From NCBI RefSeq assembly GCF_004010195.1, contig NC_057750.1, forward strand, positions 8,285,498-8,332,346: DNA of 46,849 nucleotides, in the 5' to 3' direction. The notes beneath the pieces are model-generated. The model did not search any database, was not told the origin of the DNA, and saw only the letters and a program-made list of their open reading frames with translations. This DNA comes from Chiloscyllium plagiosum (lineage: Eukaryota). Position 1 is the first letter of the stretch. Each line of letters begins with the position of its first letter. Below are positions 11,336 to 23,820 of the stretch, piece by piece. A program made the translations under genes and the position numbers.

Positions 11336-11989
11336 AGCCTGAGTACAGCACAGCCTCAGTGCTAGGTTCTGCAGGTCAGAACATGCTGAGCCTTCCGTAC
11401 ATTCAGTCAGTGCTGCAAGCTCAAGAGAATGGAGCTTTGGTTCAAGAGCTGCAGTTCCCGTAGTAAATTGCAGGAGGTGTGTGGCTGGTGGGGTCTGTGG
11501 GAAGCTTTTAGTAAGATTGGATTGATCTTAGGATCTGGACATGTTTTGCAATGCACTAAGCTTCTACAAAATTGAAAACCCAGTGGCAAACGCTGACCTG
11601 GAGTGAAAATGGGGAAAGCTTGACTCAATGAACGACTTTGAAGCACATTGATCTGTAGACTTTTCAATTTAGTGCAGAAAATAGCTGCTTGAAAAACAAT
11701 GATAATCTTTTCAGCTGTAATTATCTAAACTTCATTCCATACATTTGCATTTGGAAGTGTCACTCAATCATGTCGATGTAAGTTACACACAGGCTGCTGT
11801 CAGAATGAATCCTGAAATTGACAGAGCTCTAGTGCCAAACAGAATCAAGGAGAATATCCTGACTGCTTCAAAGTTAAAGTTTTGGAGCTTGCACCTCAAA
11901 TGAATCTGTATCTGAAACTTGCAGAGTCTCATGTTCAGAATTAGGTTCAACTTGTTGGAAGAGGTGATATTTCTATAACTTGTATATTT

Positions 11990-12420
11990 GATATATTACA
12001 AATGTCCCAACATACATCATGAGAGCATAATTTGACAACAAGTCACAGACGGGGCCAAAAGATTTGTCAAAGGGGTAGGTTTTTAGAGAGAGCCTTAAAG
12101 GAGGAGAGAGAGTGGAATTCCAGACCGTGGGGCCTAGGTAGCTGAAGAAATGATTGCCAATGCTGGACAGTGAAAATAGATCAGAATTGGAGTTACATAG
12201 AGTTGTGACTAAACTGTAGATTTGGAGATACTGAAGGGCACGGTCACAGAGAGAACTTAAACCATAAGCTTAAAACTGTTTTAACTTCAGAGCATGACTG
12301 GATTGGGAACCAATGGAAGCCATCAAGTGAAGAGGAAGTGGGACTTGTTTCAGGTAGCTGTTTCAGTTTCAGTTATGCTTCAGGTAGCAGCGTTTTGCAG
12401 GTTTATCGTATGGACTGCAA
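11990..12420 (-). mobile_element. Old L2-like LINE fragment (similar piece at 24290-24500)
   Basis: ttaaaggaggagagagagtggaattccagacc...gggcctaggtagctgaag is the antisense of an L2-type FS...WN.LP region. Confidence 0.5.
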
Positions 12421-12844
12421 TGGATTGTGAATAAGGCCCACCACATTCTAAAGTAAGTAAGGATGGTCAATAAATGCCAGCCTTGCTAGCAATGTCCACA
12501 TCTGGAGGATAAATTTTACAAGTGTTACTGTATGAAATGTGAAAGATTTCAACATTGGTTTAATGAAAGATAGTAATCCAGTTGCTTCAAAGATGCAAAC
12601 TTCGCCATTAAAATGGCAATCAGTTTTTCGATGATATTGTTGGACATCTTGACAGTTTAGCACCTTTGTGTACTTGATCTGATGGGTTTCACTGTATCAT
12701 CACTCGCCTCTAAATTAATTGTGCCCTACCAGCTTGTGGGTGAATGGGTGGAGAGTACTGAGCAATTTTGGTGCCTCAAGAGTTTTTAATATTAAAGTTT
12801 AACTGAATGCCCTTGTACTTTCACATCATGGACCAAGTGAGTGC

Positions 12845-13100
12845 CCACTGTGACTCAGTAGGCATTTTGTACCCGAAAGTGACAGGTTCAAGTTCCACAT
12901 TAGAGATTTGAGCATATCCTCTAGTCTGGCATTCTTAGTGCAATACTGCAGGAATGCTGCACTGTTGGAAGCACTGATTTCTGGTTGAGATTTTAAACTG
13001 TAGCCCTGCCTGCGCTCCCAGATGGATATAAACTTTCCATGATGCTATTTTGAAGAAGAGGAGTGGAGTTCTAATCGGTATTTATCTCTCAACTTCTGTC
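12845..13100 (+). mobile_element. Deu-domain SINE remnant (SacSINE1-like)
   Basis: tRNA-like head (gtgactcagtagg...ggttcaagt) followed by gtgcaatactgcaggaatgctgcactgttgga...ctattttgaagaagag. Confidence 0.55.
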
Positions 13101-13154
13101 ATACTTTGAGAATTCCCATATCTATTCCAGAGCCAGATATTCACGCTATTTTGA

Positions 13155-13995
13155 GTCATAGAGTCATCGAGCTGTACAACATGGAAACAGACCCTTCGAT
13201 CCAACCCGTCCATGCCGACCAGATATTCCAACCCAATCTAGTCCCACCTGCCAGCACCCGGCCCATATCCCTCCAAACCCTTCCTGTTCATATACCCATC
13301 CAGATGCCTTTTAAATGTTGCAATTGTACCAGCTTCCACCACTTCCTCTGGCAGCTCACTCCACACACGCAACACCCTCTGCATGAAAAAGTTGTCCCTT
13401 AGATCTCTTATATGTCTTTCCCCTCTCACCCTAAACCTATGCCCTCTAGTTCTGGACTCCCCAACCCTCGGGAAAAGACTTTGTCTATTTATCCTATCCA
13501 TGCCCTTCATGATTTTATAAACCTCTATAAGGTCACCCCACAGCCTCCGATGCTCCAGGGAAAACAGCCCCAGCCTATTCAAACTCTCCCTAAAGCTCAA
13601 ATCCTCCAACCCTGGCACCATCCTTGTAAATCTTTTCGGAAGCATTTCAAGTTTCGCAACATCCTTCCGATAGGAAGGAGATCAGAATTGTATGCAATAT
13701 TCCAAAAGTTGCCTAATCAATACCTTGTACACCTGCAACATGACCTCCAACTCCTATACTCAATGCTCTGACCAATAACTATCCTATCTCCCTGAGAGTC
13801 TACTTTCAAGGAGCTATGAACCTGCACTCCAAGGTCTCTTTATTCAGCAATACTCCTTAGGACCTTACAGTTAAGTGTACAAGTCCTGCTAAGATTTGCT
13901 TTCCTAAAATGAAACACCTTGCACTTATCTAAATTGAATTCCATCTGCCACTCCTCAGCCCATTGGCCCATCTGATCAAGACCCCGTTGTAATCT
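13155..13995 (-). mobile_element. CR1 LINE 3' fragment
   Basis: ORF 13238-13645 reads LFSLEHRRLWGDLIEVYKIM...FFMQRVLRVWSELP; (TATGACTC)-type tail at ~13155. Confidence 0.92.
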
Positions 13996-14234
13996 TTCTT
14001 GGCACATTTTGTCAGAATGACTGAAACATCTACAAATAACATTGCGATGACATCTGATGTGTTGCGAAATAGTGTTTCGATGTCATGACTCTGAACATGA
14101 GCACAACCTGAAGGCACAGGTAAAGCCTGAATGAAGATGTGATGGCACCTAGCAGAGAGACTTCTCCACTGGTGACTGCATTGGGAATGGAGTCCTGGAG
14201 TGGGAGGAGGAAAGAGAGATACAGCAGATAAGGA

Positions 14235-15385
14235 ACAAACACTGAGAATGCTGGAGGAATTCGGCAGGTCTGGCAACATCTATGGAGAAAGGAAAATGTT
14301 AACATTTTGAGCCCAGTGACCTATCGTTAGAACTGAAATGTACTGTTTTTTTTAATGTAATTTAAATAGAGGTAGAGTCTCAGAGCAAAAGACAAAGGGG
14401 TTGTTAATAGTGGGGAAAGCAAAAATAAATTGTAAAATGGCTGTAAGTTAAGGTGTGAAAGGGAGAGAAACTCATCAGGTCTGGCAGCATCTGTGAAAAG
14501 AAAACAGAGTTAATGTTTCAAGTCTGATATACACTTCAGAACTGACATAGGTCTGGAAACTACCTCTGCTTTCTTTCCACAGGTGCTGCCAGACCTGCTG
14601 AGTTCCTTGAGCAATTTCTTGATTTGATTTGATTTATTATTGTCACATGCAACAAGGTACAGTGAATAACATTATTTTCCATGCTATCTAGGCAAATTAA
14701 ACCTTACATAAGTACTGTATATCAGAGTAATAGAACAGAATGCAGAAAGGCACACAGAAAGATCAACTCTAATATATGAGAGGTCCATTCATAAGTCTGA
14801 TAACAGCGGGGAAGAAGCTGTTCTTGAATCTGTTGGTATGTGCTTTGAAACGTTTGTATCTTCTGTCCGATAGAAGGGGGTGGTAGAGAGTATAACCAGT
14901 GTTTTTCTTTCTTTCAGATGTCCAACATCTGCAGTTCTTTGTTTTAGGTTCATTGTGAAAGGGAGCAAATGGGTCCTCTCTACTGAGAGCAAACAAACTA
15001 GATATATCAAGACAAGACTGGTGTGGGAAGAGGGACATGTAAGAAAAATGGAGAACAGACATAATGTAGTCAGTTTCTGAAGTTATGGAATATTGAGATC
15101 TCAAGCCTATAAAGTGCCGAAGCACAAAATGAGGTGATGTTCCTCAAGCTTGCATTGTGCTTTCTTGGTAAATGGCAGCAAGCCTAGGACAGAAATGTGA
15201 GTACGAGAGCTAAATGGCTTATTGAAATGGCAAGCAACTGGGAGGTCGGGGTCCTTCCAACAGTCAGAGTGGAGATGTTCCGCAAATTGGTCACCCAGTC
15301 TGTGTTTGGTCTTGCTGATATAAGGGTGAAATGTTAACCTGAACTACAGGCACTGCAGGGCCTGAGTGTCTCCAGTAACTTCCTG
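14235..15385 (-). mobile_element. Decayed PLE region: pLTR pieces with degenerate hammerheads plus a GIY-YIG remnant
   Basis: Minus strand of 15075-15328 reads YISKTKHRLGDQFAEHL...LPVACHFN...VLGL...KLEEHHLI; pLTR-like arms lie at 14240-14335, 14465-14545 and 14565-14620. Confidence 0.7.
14618..14900 (-). mobile_element. Rex1/Babar-type LINE 3' end nested in the PLE
   Basis: Encodes LLSDRRYKRFKAHTNRFKNSFFPAVIRLMN; tail aataaatcaaatcaa on the minus strand. Confidence 0.8.
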
Positions 15386-16081
15386 GTTTCCAAGGGTTCT
15401 GTTAGTCTGTGATGCTCTTCCTGGTTGAATAATCACAGAACGGATCAGGAGCAGGTTCCAGTGGGTAACTGGTATCTGTGGCAGGACACCCTAACAAATG
15501 TCATTACCTTCTGGAGAGGAGGTGAGAAAATTGAGACAAACACAGAAAGACTAAATTAGACTTCGTTTTTTAAAAAATAGGATAAAAGACCATTTTTAGA
15601 ATGGTCTTTAAGACAAATGGGGAGTTTACACAGGGCTTTAGCATTTTGCAGTGTCCGTGTTGGTTATTAGTTGCATGTTGAACTATTCAGGCTGCTTAAC
15701 ATTACAGTCTGCATAGTGATTTCATAACGGCTTCCTACCACAAAATTTCATTTCCTCTCCATTTTGTAGATTAAGTCCCAACTAATATAAGTCTGTGAGA
15801 GCAGCAATATGTAAAATGCCAGTCAGAACGAACAGGGATTTTCAGTTCAGTGATTAACCTGTTCAATTCTTTGTTGAACTGTATGGTTTTCCCCTCAGGC
15901 TGCTCTGTCTCATCTTCAATCCATTCTTCAAGTTAGAATCATGATTGCTGCACTCTGAAAAGTAAGCACTGAACATCTAGCATTCCTTTGGTACCGTACT
16001 GTGCTGAAGGTCAAAGCATTTAAATAGTTGCCATTTTGTACACAGTATGGAGGGCAATTGGCAGTGTGTTAATGGCACTGG

Positions 16082-16255
16082 ATTATGGATTAGTGGTGCT
16101 GGAAGAGCACAGCAGTTCAGGCAGCATCCGAGGACAGGCAAAATCCGAGGTCCTTGGATTTTGCCTGTCCTCGGAGGCTGCCTGAACTGCTGTGCTCTTC
16201 CAGCACCACTAATCCAGAATCTGGTTTCCAGCATCTGCAGTCATTGTTTTTACCT
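16082..16255. mobile_element. PLE-derived near-perfect hairpin insertion
   Basis: About 60-bp inverted arms at 16087-16146 and 16156-16215 with one mismatch; TSD tgttaatggcactgg at 16067-16081 and 16256-16270. Confidence 0.9.
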
Positions 16256-16452
16256 TGTTAATGGCACTGGGCTAGTCATCCAGAGACTCCATAATGCTCT
16301 GGGGAAATGGGTTCAAATCCCATCTGGCAGAATTTAAATTCAATTAATAATTGTGGAAATCAAAGATAATCATCATTTTTTGTTCTAACCGCCCATCTGG
16401 TTCATTAGTGTCCTTTATGGAAGGAAATCTGCCAGCAATCCTTACCTTGCCT

Positions 16453-16604
16453 AGAGACAAAAAAACTGCTGATGTTGGAATCCAAGATAGACAAGCAGAA
16501 GGCTGGAACAACACAGTCCAGAATAAGGGTTATACCCAAAACGTTGACTTCTCCACCTCCTGATGCTGCCTGGCTTGTTGTGTTCTTCCAGCCTCCTGCT
16601 TGTC
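16453..16604. mobile_element. PLE-derived fold-back insertion with decayed hammerhead
   Basis: ccagaataagggttatacccaaaacgttgac resembles CUGAAGA-GGGU(UAU)ACCC-GAAACGUU; TSD atccttaccttg(c/t)ct at 16438-16452 and 16605-16619. Confidence 0.78.
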
Positions 16605-17603
16605 ATCCTTACCTTGTCTGGCTTGCATGTGACTCCAGACCCACAGCAATGGGGTTGACTCTTCACTGCCCTCTGATAATTATGGATGGGCCGTAAGTGC
16701 TGACCCAGCCAGTGACACACAAATCCCCTTGAGTGTATAATAAAATAATTGGACTGCAAATGTTGATTAAAAATCTTTGATTGTCCTAAAAGCCCATCTG
16801 CTTTTCACTGCTGCCCTTTTGAGAAGGAAATCTGCCATCCTTATTCGATCTGACCTACACGTGACTCCAGAAACACAGCAAAGTGGCTGACTCTTACCTT
16901 CCATCTGAAATGGACAAGCAAGCCTCTCAGTTCAAGGGACAGTTAGAGATGGGCAACAAAATGGCAGCCTCATCAGTGATGCCCACATCCAATATGAAAA
17001 TATTCTATGAAAAAGCTATCATGATCACTCTGCTCTTGGTTGGGGGGAGAACAATTGACCCAAATGCTGGAAGAAACACCTTTCCTTTCATAGGAGAGGG
17101 CACTGGAGTGGGAACTCCAACAGTTTTGCTTTGAAGAAGTACTGCTGGATCATTAATAACCACCCAGTGGATCAGACAGGAGGCCTCAGTTCAAAGTCTC
17201 ACCTCAGAAGATGGGACATCTCCTGTCATGCGTTTAATACTTATCCATGTATTGATTTTGTGTTAATTATTCTTCCTACACAAATCACTATAAGATACAG
17301 TTAGGGTCAGTAGGGCCTCATAAAAGCAAACCAAGCACAAGGAGCTATTTCTCAAGGACTGAATTGTATCTGAGAGTCAGAGGAAAAATAGGGACGTTAT
17401 GCTAAACTGTATCGAATCTTGATTAGATCACAGGTCAGTTCTGGACACTTCTAGTCCCCATATCACACAATAAGATGCAGAGACATCGCAGAAGGAGACA
17501 GAAAGGTTTCTTTAGCAGCCTGTGGCTGCTCAGGTAAAATAAAAGTCATTAAAAGAAAGGAAAACCAGAAATACAAACACAGCAACTGAAATAAATAGCC
17601 ATA

Positions 17604-17800
17604 ATGTGGAGATGACAGCGTTGGACTGGGGTGGACAAAGTTAAAAATTGCACAACACCAGGTTATAGTCCAACAGGTTTATTTGAAAGCATTAGCTTCC
17701 AGAGCGCTGCTCCTTCAGCGAGTACCTGCTCCTTCTTCAGCTTGTACTTCCAAATAAACCTGTTGGACCATAATCTGGTGTTGTGTGATTTTTAACTTCA
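17604..17800. mobile_element. Fold-back insertion of another PLE-like family
   Basis: Inverted arms at 17638-17691 and 17745-17798; the minus strand near the centre gives a decayed hammerhead (gaaggagcagcgctct-ggaagcta). Confidence 0.65.
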
Positions 17801-18106
17801 AAATAAGTAGGGCATAGAAAATGGCCAAAAGAGCAAGGTACGCTGGGAATGCCTCAGCAAAGATACACAGTGACGAGTCTGCCTGGAGACAGGTCCTTGC
17901 AACATTCCAGCGCAGACAACTGAAACCCAAAGAAATACAAGAACACATTAGCAAGTGTGAAAGGGCAGTTCAACGTTTCCTGACAAACAAACAAAGAACA
18001 CGAGACACTTTGGGCAGATGTGCCTCAGTACGGCAAAAGACCAGGTGTATATTCTGGCAAACAAAAGGCTTCTAGGCCCCAAAGCAGACACACCATTGCG
18101 TTGCAG

Positions 18107-18310
18107 AGTCATAGAGATGTACAGCAGGGAAACAGACCCTTTGATCCAATTTGTCCATGCCAACTAGATATCCTAAATGAATCTAGTCCCATTTGCCAGC
18201 ACTTGGCCCATATCCCTCTAAACCCTTCCTATTCATATACCCATCCAGATGCCTTTTAAATGTTGTAATTGTACCAGTCTCCACCACTTCCTCTAGCAGC
18301 TCCTTCCACA
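18107..18310 (-). mobile_element. CR1 LINE 3' end
   Basis: gagtcatagagatgtacagc...ccatccagatgccttttaaatgttg is the same tail as other copies. Confidence 0.88.
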
Positions 18311-18417
18311 CTTATCTAATTTCCCTTTGTTAGCAAACCATCCATTCATAGGTGATAATGCCAATTAACTTGATGCCTGATTGGAAAGTTCTAGAAAGTG
18401 GGCAGGAAGGTACAAGA

Positions 18418-18505
18418 GCTGGAAATGTGTTGCTGAAAAAGCGCAGCAGGTCAGGCAGCATTCAAGGAACAGGAGAATCGACGTTTCGGGCATAAGCCCT
18501 TCTTC
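18418..18505 (-). mobile_element. Short PLE-derived insertion beginning at the hammerhead core
   Basis: Minus strand reads tGAAGA-AGGGC(TTAT)GCCC-GAAAC-GTC-gattc; TSD aaggtacaaga at 18407-18417 and 18506-18516. Confidence 0.82.
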
Positions 18506-18924
18506 AAGGTACAAGAACCAGATTTAGAGACCGGAGTAGCTTACTCTCCGAAAGACCAAAGAATGCAACAAACCAGCAAAAGTTACAAATATCTGGCAAG
18601 TATTTAAGTTCCTAAAGAATCGTTAGTTAGAATTAGAGTCATTAAAATTGTAAAGTTTAATTCTTGTCTTTGTTGTCTTCAAATGAAGTCACTCATTGCT
18701 GGCTCGTGCTGTGTACATGCAAAGGTGTCTGGGTACATTACTGGTGGAGAAATCCGCAGGGTCCTAGAGACACAATGTCCTGACAACCATTCACATGAAT
18801 GGTATTTTACGTGGGGAATTAATGAACAGACTGCTTCTCTTTTCTCTTGAAGAGAGAAGACTTTGAAGAAGTCACAGTACGATCAAATTTCAGATACTAA
18901 TGGAGGGTGAAATAGTATAATCTA

Positions 18925-20650
18925 AACCAGGGTATTATGCTTAAACATGGGAGACTATAATGGGATGAGGAAGGCTGAATTAGACTGGGAACACAAGTTA
19001 TATGATGGAACAGTTGAGGAACAGTAGAGCACTTTCAAAGAGATTTTTCACAGTGCTTAAGGAAAGTATATTCCAGTCAAAACAAGGATAGCAAGGGTAG
19101 GAAGAGCCAGCTTTGGATAACCAAGGAAATAAAGAAAGGCATCCAATTAAAAGTTCAGGCTTACAAAGTAGTCAAGAGCAGTGGGAAACAGGAAGATTAG
19201 GAAAACTTTAAAAAGCGAAGAAGAACCACAAAGCAAGCAATAAAGAAAGGGAAGATAAATTATGAATGCAAACTAGCATTATAAGAACAGGTAGGAAATG
19301 TTTTTATAAATATATAAAACGGAAAAGGGTGGCTAAAGTGGACGTAGGTCCCTTGCAGGATGAGAAAGGGGGATTAATATTGAGTAATGCTGAAACGGCT
19401 GAGGCTTTGAATAACTATTTGTGTCAGTGTTCACAGTGGAAGGTGTGTCTAACATACTAAGGAATGATGTTAAGGATATGATAGGAGATGAAGACCTCAA
19501 TTCAATTGTTATCACTAAAGGGGTAATGTTGAGCAAACTTAATGGTCCAAAGGTAGATGAGTCCCCGGGGCCCGATGGAATGTATCCCAGGGTGCTTAAA
19601 GAAATGATGGAAGTTACGGTAGATGCATGAGTGGTAATTTACTAAAATTCACTGGACTCTGGCAGGTCCCAGCTGACTGGAAGATAGCAAATGTCACGCC
19701 GCTGTTTAAAAAAGGGTGTAGGCAAAAGGCAAGTAACTATAGGCCAGTTAGCTTAACATCTGTAGTCGGGAAAATGCTAGAGGCAATCATTAAAGAAGAA
19801 ATAGTAAGACATCCAGATGGAAAGGGTTCCATCAGGCAGATGCAGCATGGTTTCAGGAAGGGAAGGTCACGTTTAATAAACTTACTCGAGTTCTTTGAGT
19901 CGAAAAGTGTGGTGCTGGAAAAGCACAGCCGGTCAGGCAGCATCCAAGTAGCAGGAGAATCAATATTTTGGACATAAGTTCTTCATCAGGTCTTATGCCC
20001 AAAATGTTGACTCTCCTGCTCCTCGGATGCTGCCTGACCTGTTGTGCTTTTCCAGCACCACACTTTTCAACTCTGATCTCACCATCTGCAGTCTTCACTT
20101 TCTCTTGGAATTCTTTGAGGATATAACAAGTGTGGCGGATGGAGGGGAACAGCTGGATATTGTATACTTGGATTCCCAGAAGGTGTTCGATAAAGTGCCA
20201 CATGAAAGACTCATCCATAAGGTAAGAATGCATGAAGTTGCGGAGAATATACTAGCATGGAAAGAGGACTGGTTAACCAATAAAAAGCAGAGAGTTGAGA
20301 TAAATGGGTGTTTCTTTGGTTTGAGATCGGCGGTGAGCGGGATGCCACAGGGGTCAGTGTTGGGCCCGCAACTGTTCATGGCATATATAAATGATTTGGA
20401 AGTGGAGACCGAGTGAAACATATCCAAGTTTGCTGATGACATTAAATTGAGTGAAAAGGCAACTGTGCAGAGAATGTGGAGTGTTTGCAGAGAGATTTAG
20501 ATACATTAAGTAAGTGGGCAAGGGTCTGGCAGATGGAGTACAATATTGGTAAATATGAGATTATCCACTTTGGAAGTAAAAGTAGTAGATCAGAGTATTA
20601 TTTGAATGGTGAAAGATTGCAGCATGCTTTTGTGCAGAGGGACTAAGGTA
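18925..20650 (+). mobile_element. Older CR1 LINE ORF2 fragment (frameshifted)
   Basis: Encodes SPGPDGMYPRVLKE, WKIANVTPLFKKG...NYRPVSLTS, QHGF, YLD..KVFDKVPH and PQGSVLGP across several ORFs. Confidence 0.92.
19900..20105. mobile_element. PLE-derived fold-back insertion inside CR1
   Basis: Inverted arms meet at a decayed hammerhead near 19960-20010; degenerate TSD ga(g/a)ttctttgag at ~19888-19899 and ~20108-20119. Confidence 0.8.
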
Positions 20651-21479
20651 GTCTCAAAGAAATCTAGCCGAGATTTCAGAAGATACTTCTGTGCCCTGAG
20701 GCTGGGGAGTATGTAGAAATTGCTAGCACAGGGAGAAGACCAAACGTACGAATTAGGAGAAAGATTAGGCCATTTGCCCATTTGGCCCTTCAAGCTCGCT
20801 CCACTAGACAATATGATTATGGCCAATATAATTATAGCCTTGACTCTATTTTCCAACCTACACCCCATTGCCATGGGTTCCTTTATAAGCCAAGGAGCTA
20901 ACAAGCTCTTCCATATGGACAGTCCCCACTGGTCTCTGTTGAGTTGAATAACATCGATAAATTTAAGGAGTAAATATGTGCACACAAGGGAGAGTGAATA
21001 CAAAGTCAAATTGATAGCTAAATGAGTAAAGAGGGGAAGAAACTAAACACTGGCACAAACTTGGTTGGAAACCTGCTTCCGTGTTGCGTACGTAAAAGCA
21101 CCCAGCACAAGGCCACTAACAGGTGAAATACATTGTTCTAGTTCAGTGGCAGTGAAAGGGCATAGCATTGGGAGTTTTTGTTGTACTGTATTTGCAAACC
21201 CTCCGACACTCTGCCTTGATCAGTTTATCCAATGATTGGTAACTGGTTAGCACTTAGTGCATGGGTGGCATTTTGTTATTTTTATTCACTTCTGAGATGT
21301 TGGTGTCACTGGCTAGCTCAGCACTTATTGTCCATCCCTAGTTACCCTGGAGTAGGTGGGAGCAAGCTGCCATTTTGAAACACTGATGTCCATTTGGTAC
21401 AGCCACGATGCTGTTAGGGAGGGAGTTCCAGGGTTTTGACAAAGCAACACTGAAAGAACAACAATATATTTTCAATTTA

Positions 21480-23515
21480 TAGATTCGTAGAGTCATACAG
21501 CATGGAAACAGATTCTTTGATCTAACTAGTCCATACTGACCATGTTCCCAAACTAAACGTCCTACCTGCCTGCGCTTGGCCCATACCTCTCCAAACCTTT
21601 CTTATTCATATACTTAACAAAAAATCAAGTTTGTGAGAGTGATTTCCCTTGGACAAAACCCTGCTAACTATCCCAAATCATTCCTTGCCTCTCCAAATGC
21701 ATGTAAATCCTATCTTTCAGAACCACTTCCAACAATTTACCCACTACGATGTTAGACTACAGTTCCCAGGTTTCTCCTTACATTAGCCGCCCTCCAGTCC
21801 TCCACCACCTCACTTGTGGTTATAGATGATAAAAATATTTCTGCTAGGGACCCCGCAATTTCATCCCTAATGTCTCACAATGTCCTGGGTTAAACTTGAT
21901 CAGGTCTTGGAGGTTTTTCCACATTTACGTTTTCCAAGACCTCCAGCACTTCCTCTTTCATAATGTAAAGTATTTATTTCCCTGAGTTCATTAGCATCCA
22001 TTTCTTTCTCCACAGTAAAAACTGATGTGAAATGTTTGTTTAATATCTCCCCCATCGCCTGAGGTTCAACACAAAATTGACCTTGTTGATCTTTGTGGGG
22101 GGCGATTCCCTCTCTCTCTCTCTCTCTAGTTGCTCTTTTGCTCTTAATGTACTTGTAGAATCCCTTTGGATTATCTTTACCCTTATCTGCCAAGATGATC
22201 TCATATCCCCTCTTTGCCCTCCTGATTTCCCTCTTGAGAATGCCCCTACACTCTTCATACTTATCAAGAGATTAATTTGATCCCAGCTGTCTATATCTAA
22301 TCAATGATTCTTTTTATTCTGATGAAAACTTCGATATATTTTCATTTATTATTCCCTAATGTTAGCAGTTTACCTTCCACTCTAACAGACACATAATGTC
22401 TCTAAAATCTCATTATCACCCCTTTGAAGGCCTCCCATTTGTCAGTCATCCTTTTACCTGTGAACAATCTACTCCAATCAACTTTTGAAAGTTCTTGTCT
22501 CATACCATTAAAATTTGCTTTACTCCAATTAAGAATTTTAACTTTTTAGGAAGGTTGATCCTTTTCCATGACTATTTTAAAACTAATAGAATTATGATCA
22601 CTAGTCCCAAAGTGTTGCCCTACTAACACTTCAGTCACTTACCCTGTCTTATTTCCCAAGAGAAGATCAAGTTTTGCACCTTTTCTTGTAGGAACATTTA
22701 CATATTGTTAAAGAAATTTTTTTTGGAACACATTTAACAAATTCCTCAACATCCAGACCTTTAACACAATGGCAGTCCCAGTCAGTGTTTGGAAAATTTA
22801 AATCCCCTACTGTTGCAACTCTATTATTCACACATATGTCCAAGATGTCTCTACATATTTGCTCCTCAATTTCCCTCTATTGCGGCACCCTATAGTATGA
22901 TCTCACTAAAGTGATCATCCCTTTCTTATTTCTAATTTCAATTCATATATTTTCACTGGACGATCCCTCAGAAGTATCCTCTCTAATTGCAGTAGTAGTA
23001 TTTTCCTTAATCGAAAACACCTTTCCCTCTTCTCTCTTGCCTCCCTTCCTATCCTTTTTATAGCATCTAAAACCCAGAACATTGAGCTGCCAGTTCTGTC
23101 CTTCCCTCAGCCAAGCTTTTATCTTTGCTGTAATGTCCCAGTCCCATATTCTCATACATGTCCTGAGTTCATCAGTCTTACTTGTAGGACCCCTTACATT
23201 GAAATAAGTGTAGTTTAATTTGTCAGAGTTACCTCATTCTCTGATTTGTTGTTGTCTGTCTTTTCTAATGAACTGCTGTTTTCTGATTCAAAACCATCCT
23301 CACCTGTCTTTCTATTTTCACTGCTACTTAGAAGTCCCCCACTCTCCCTCTGTAATAGTTTACAGGCTCCCAAAATAGAACTAGTAAATCTTAATACCAG
23401 GATATTGGACCTTTTGAAACCCAAACCTTTTGAATAGGTTTCTAACCTAGAAGAGATGCTAATGATCTAAGAATCTGAATCTCTGCACATTGCACCACGT
23501 CTTCAACCATTGATT
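21480..23515 (-). mobile_element. Decayed CR1 LINE (endonuclease-to-RT region plus a separate 3' tail piece at 21485-21620)
   Basis: Encodes WDWDITA...WLREGQNWQLNVLGF and KDNPKGFYKYIKSKR; parallels 39650-41470. Confidence 0.85.
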
Positions 23516-23820
23516 AATCTGTGTGACTTGAAGGGGAACTTGCAGGTGATGGTGTTCCCATGTATCTGTTCCCCTTGTCCTTCTGGATGGTGGAGATTAT
23601 GGCTTTGGAAGGTGCTGTTGAAGGAGTATGTGCAATGCATCTTAGAGATGATACACAGTGCTGCTACTGAGCGTCAGTGGTGGAGGGAGTGGATGTTTCT
23701 GGATGTGGTGCCAATCAAGCGGGGGCTGTTTTGTCCTGCTTGGTGTTGAGCTTCTTGAGTGTTGTTGGAGCTGCATCCATCCAAGCAAAATGGGAAGTAT
23801 TCCATCACACTCCTGACTTG
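23515..23820 (-). mobile_element. CR1/L2-group LINE 3' fragment (family also at 21280-21475, 26990-27490 and 31460-31940)
   Basis: The minus strand encodes a WMDAAPTTLKKL...QDKTAPLIG-like motif. Confidence 0.65.

Larger units (their letters stand above)
16050..17010 (+). mobile_element. Two adjacent tRNA-headed SINE copies with a LINE-type tail (hosts of two PLE insertions)
   Basis: gggttcaaatccc B-box; the repeated body aaggaaatctgcc...tgtgactccaga; tail aagggacagttagagatgggcaac...gatgcccacatcc shared with LINE tails at 5665-5760 and 27000-27060. Confidence 0.65.

Noticed and set aside
16082..16255. MITE/DNA transposon or bacterial-type terminator
   Set aside because: The arms match PLE pLTR sequence, are asymmetric in extent and vary between copies, unlike fixed TIRs.
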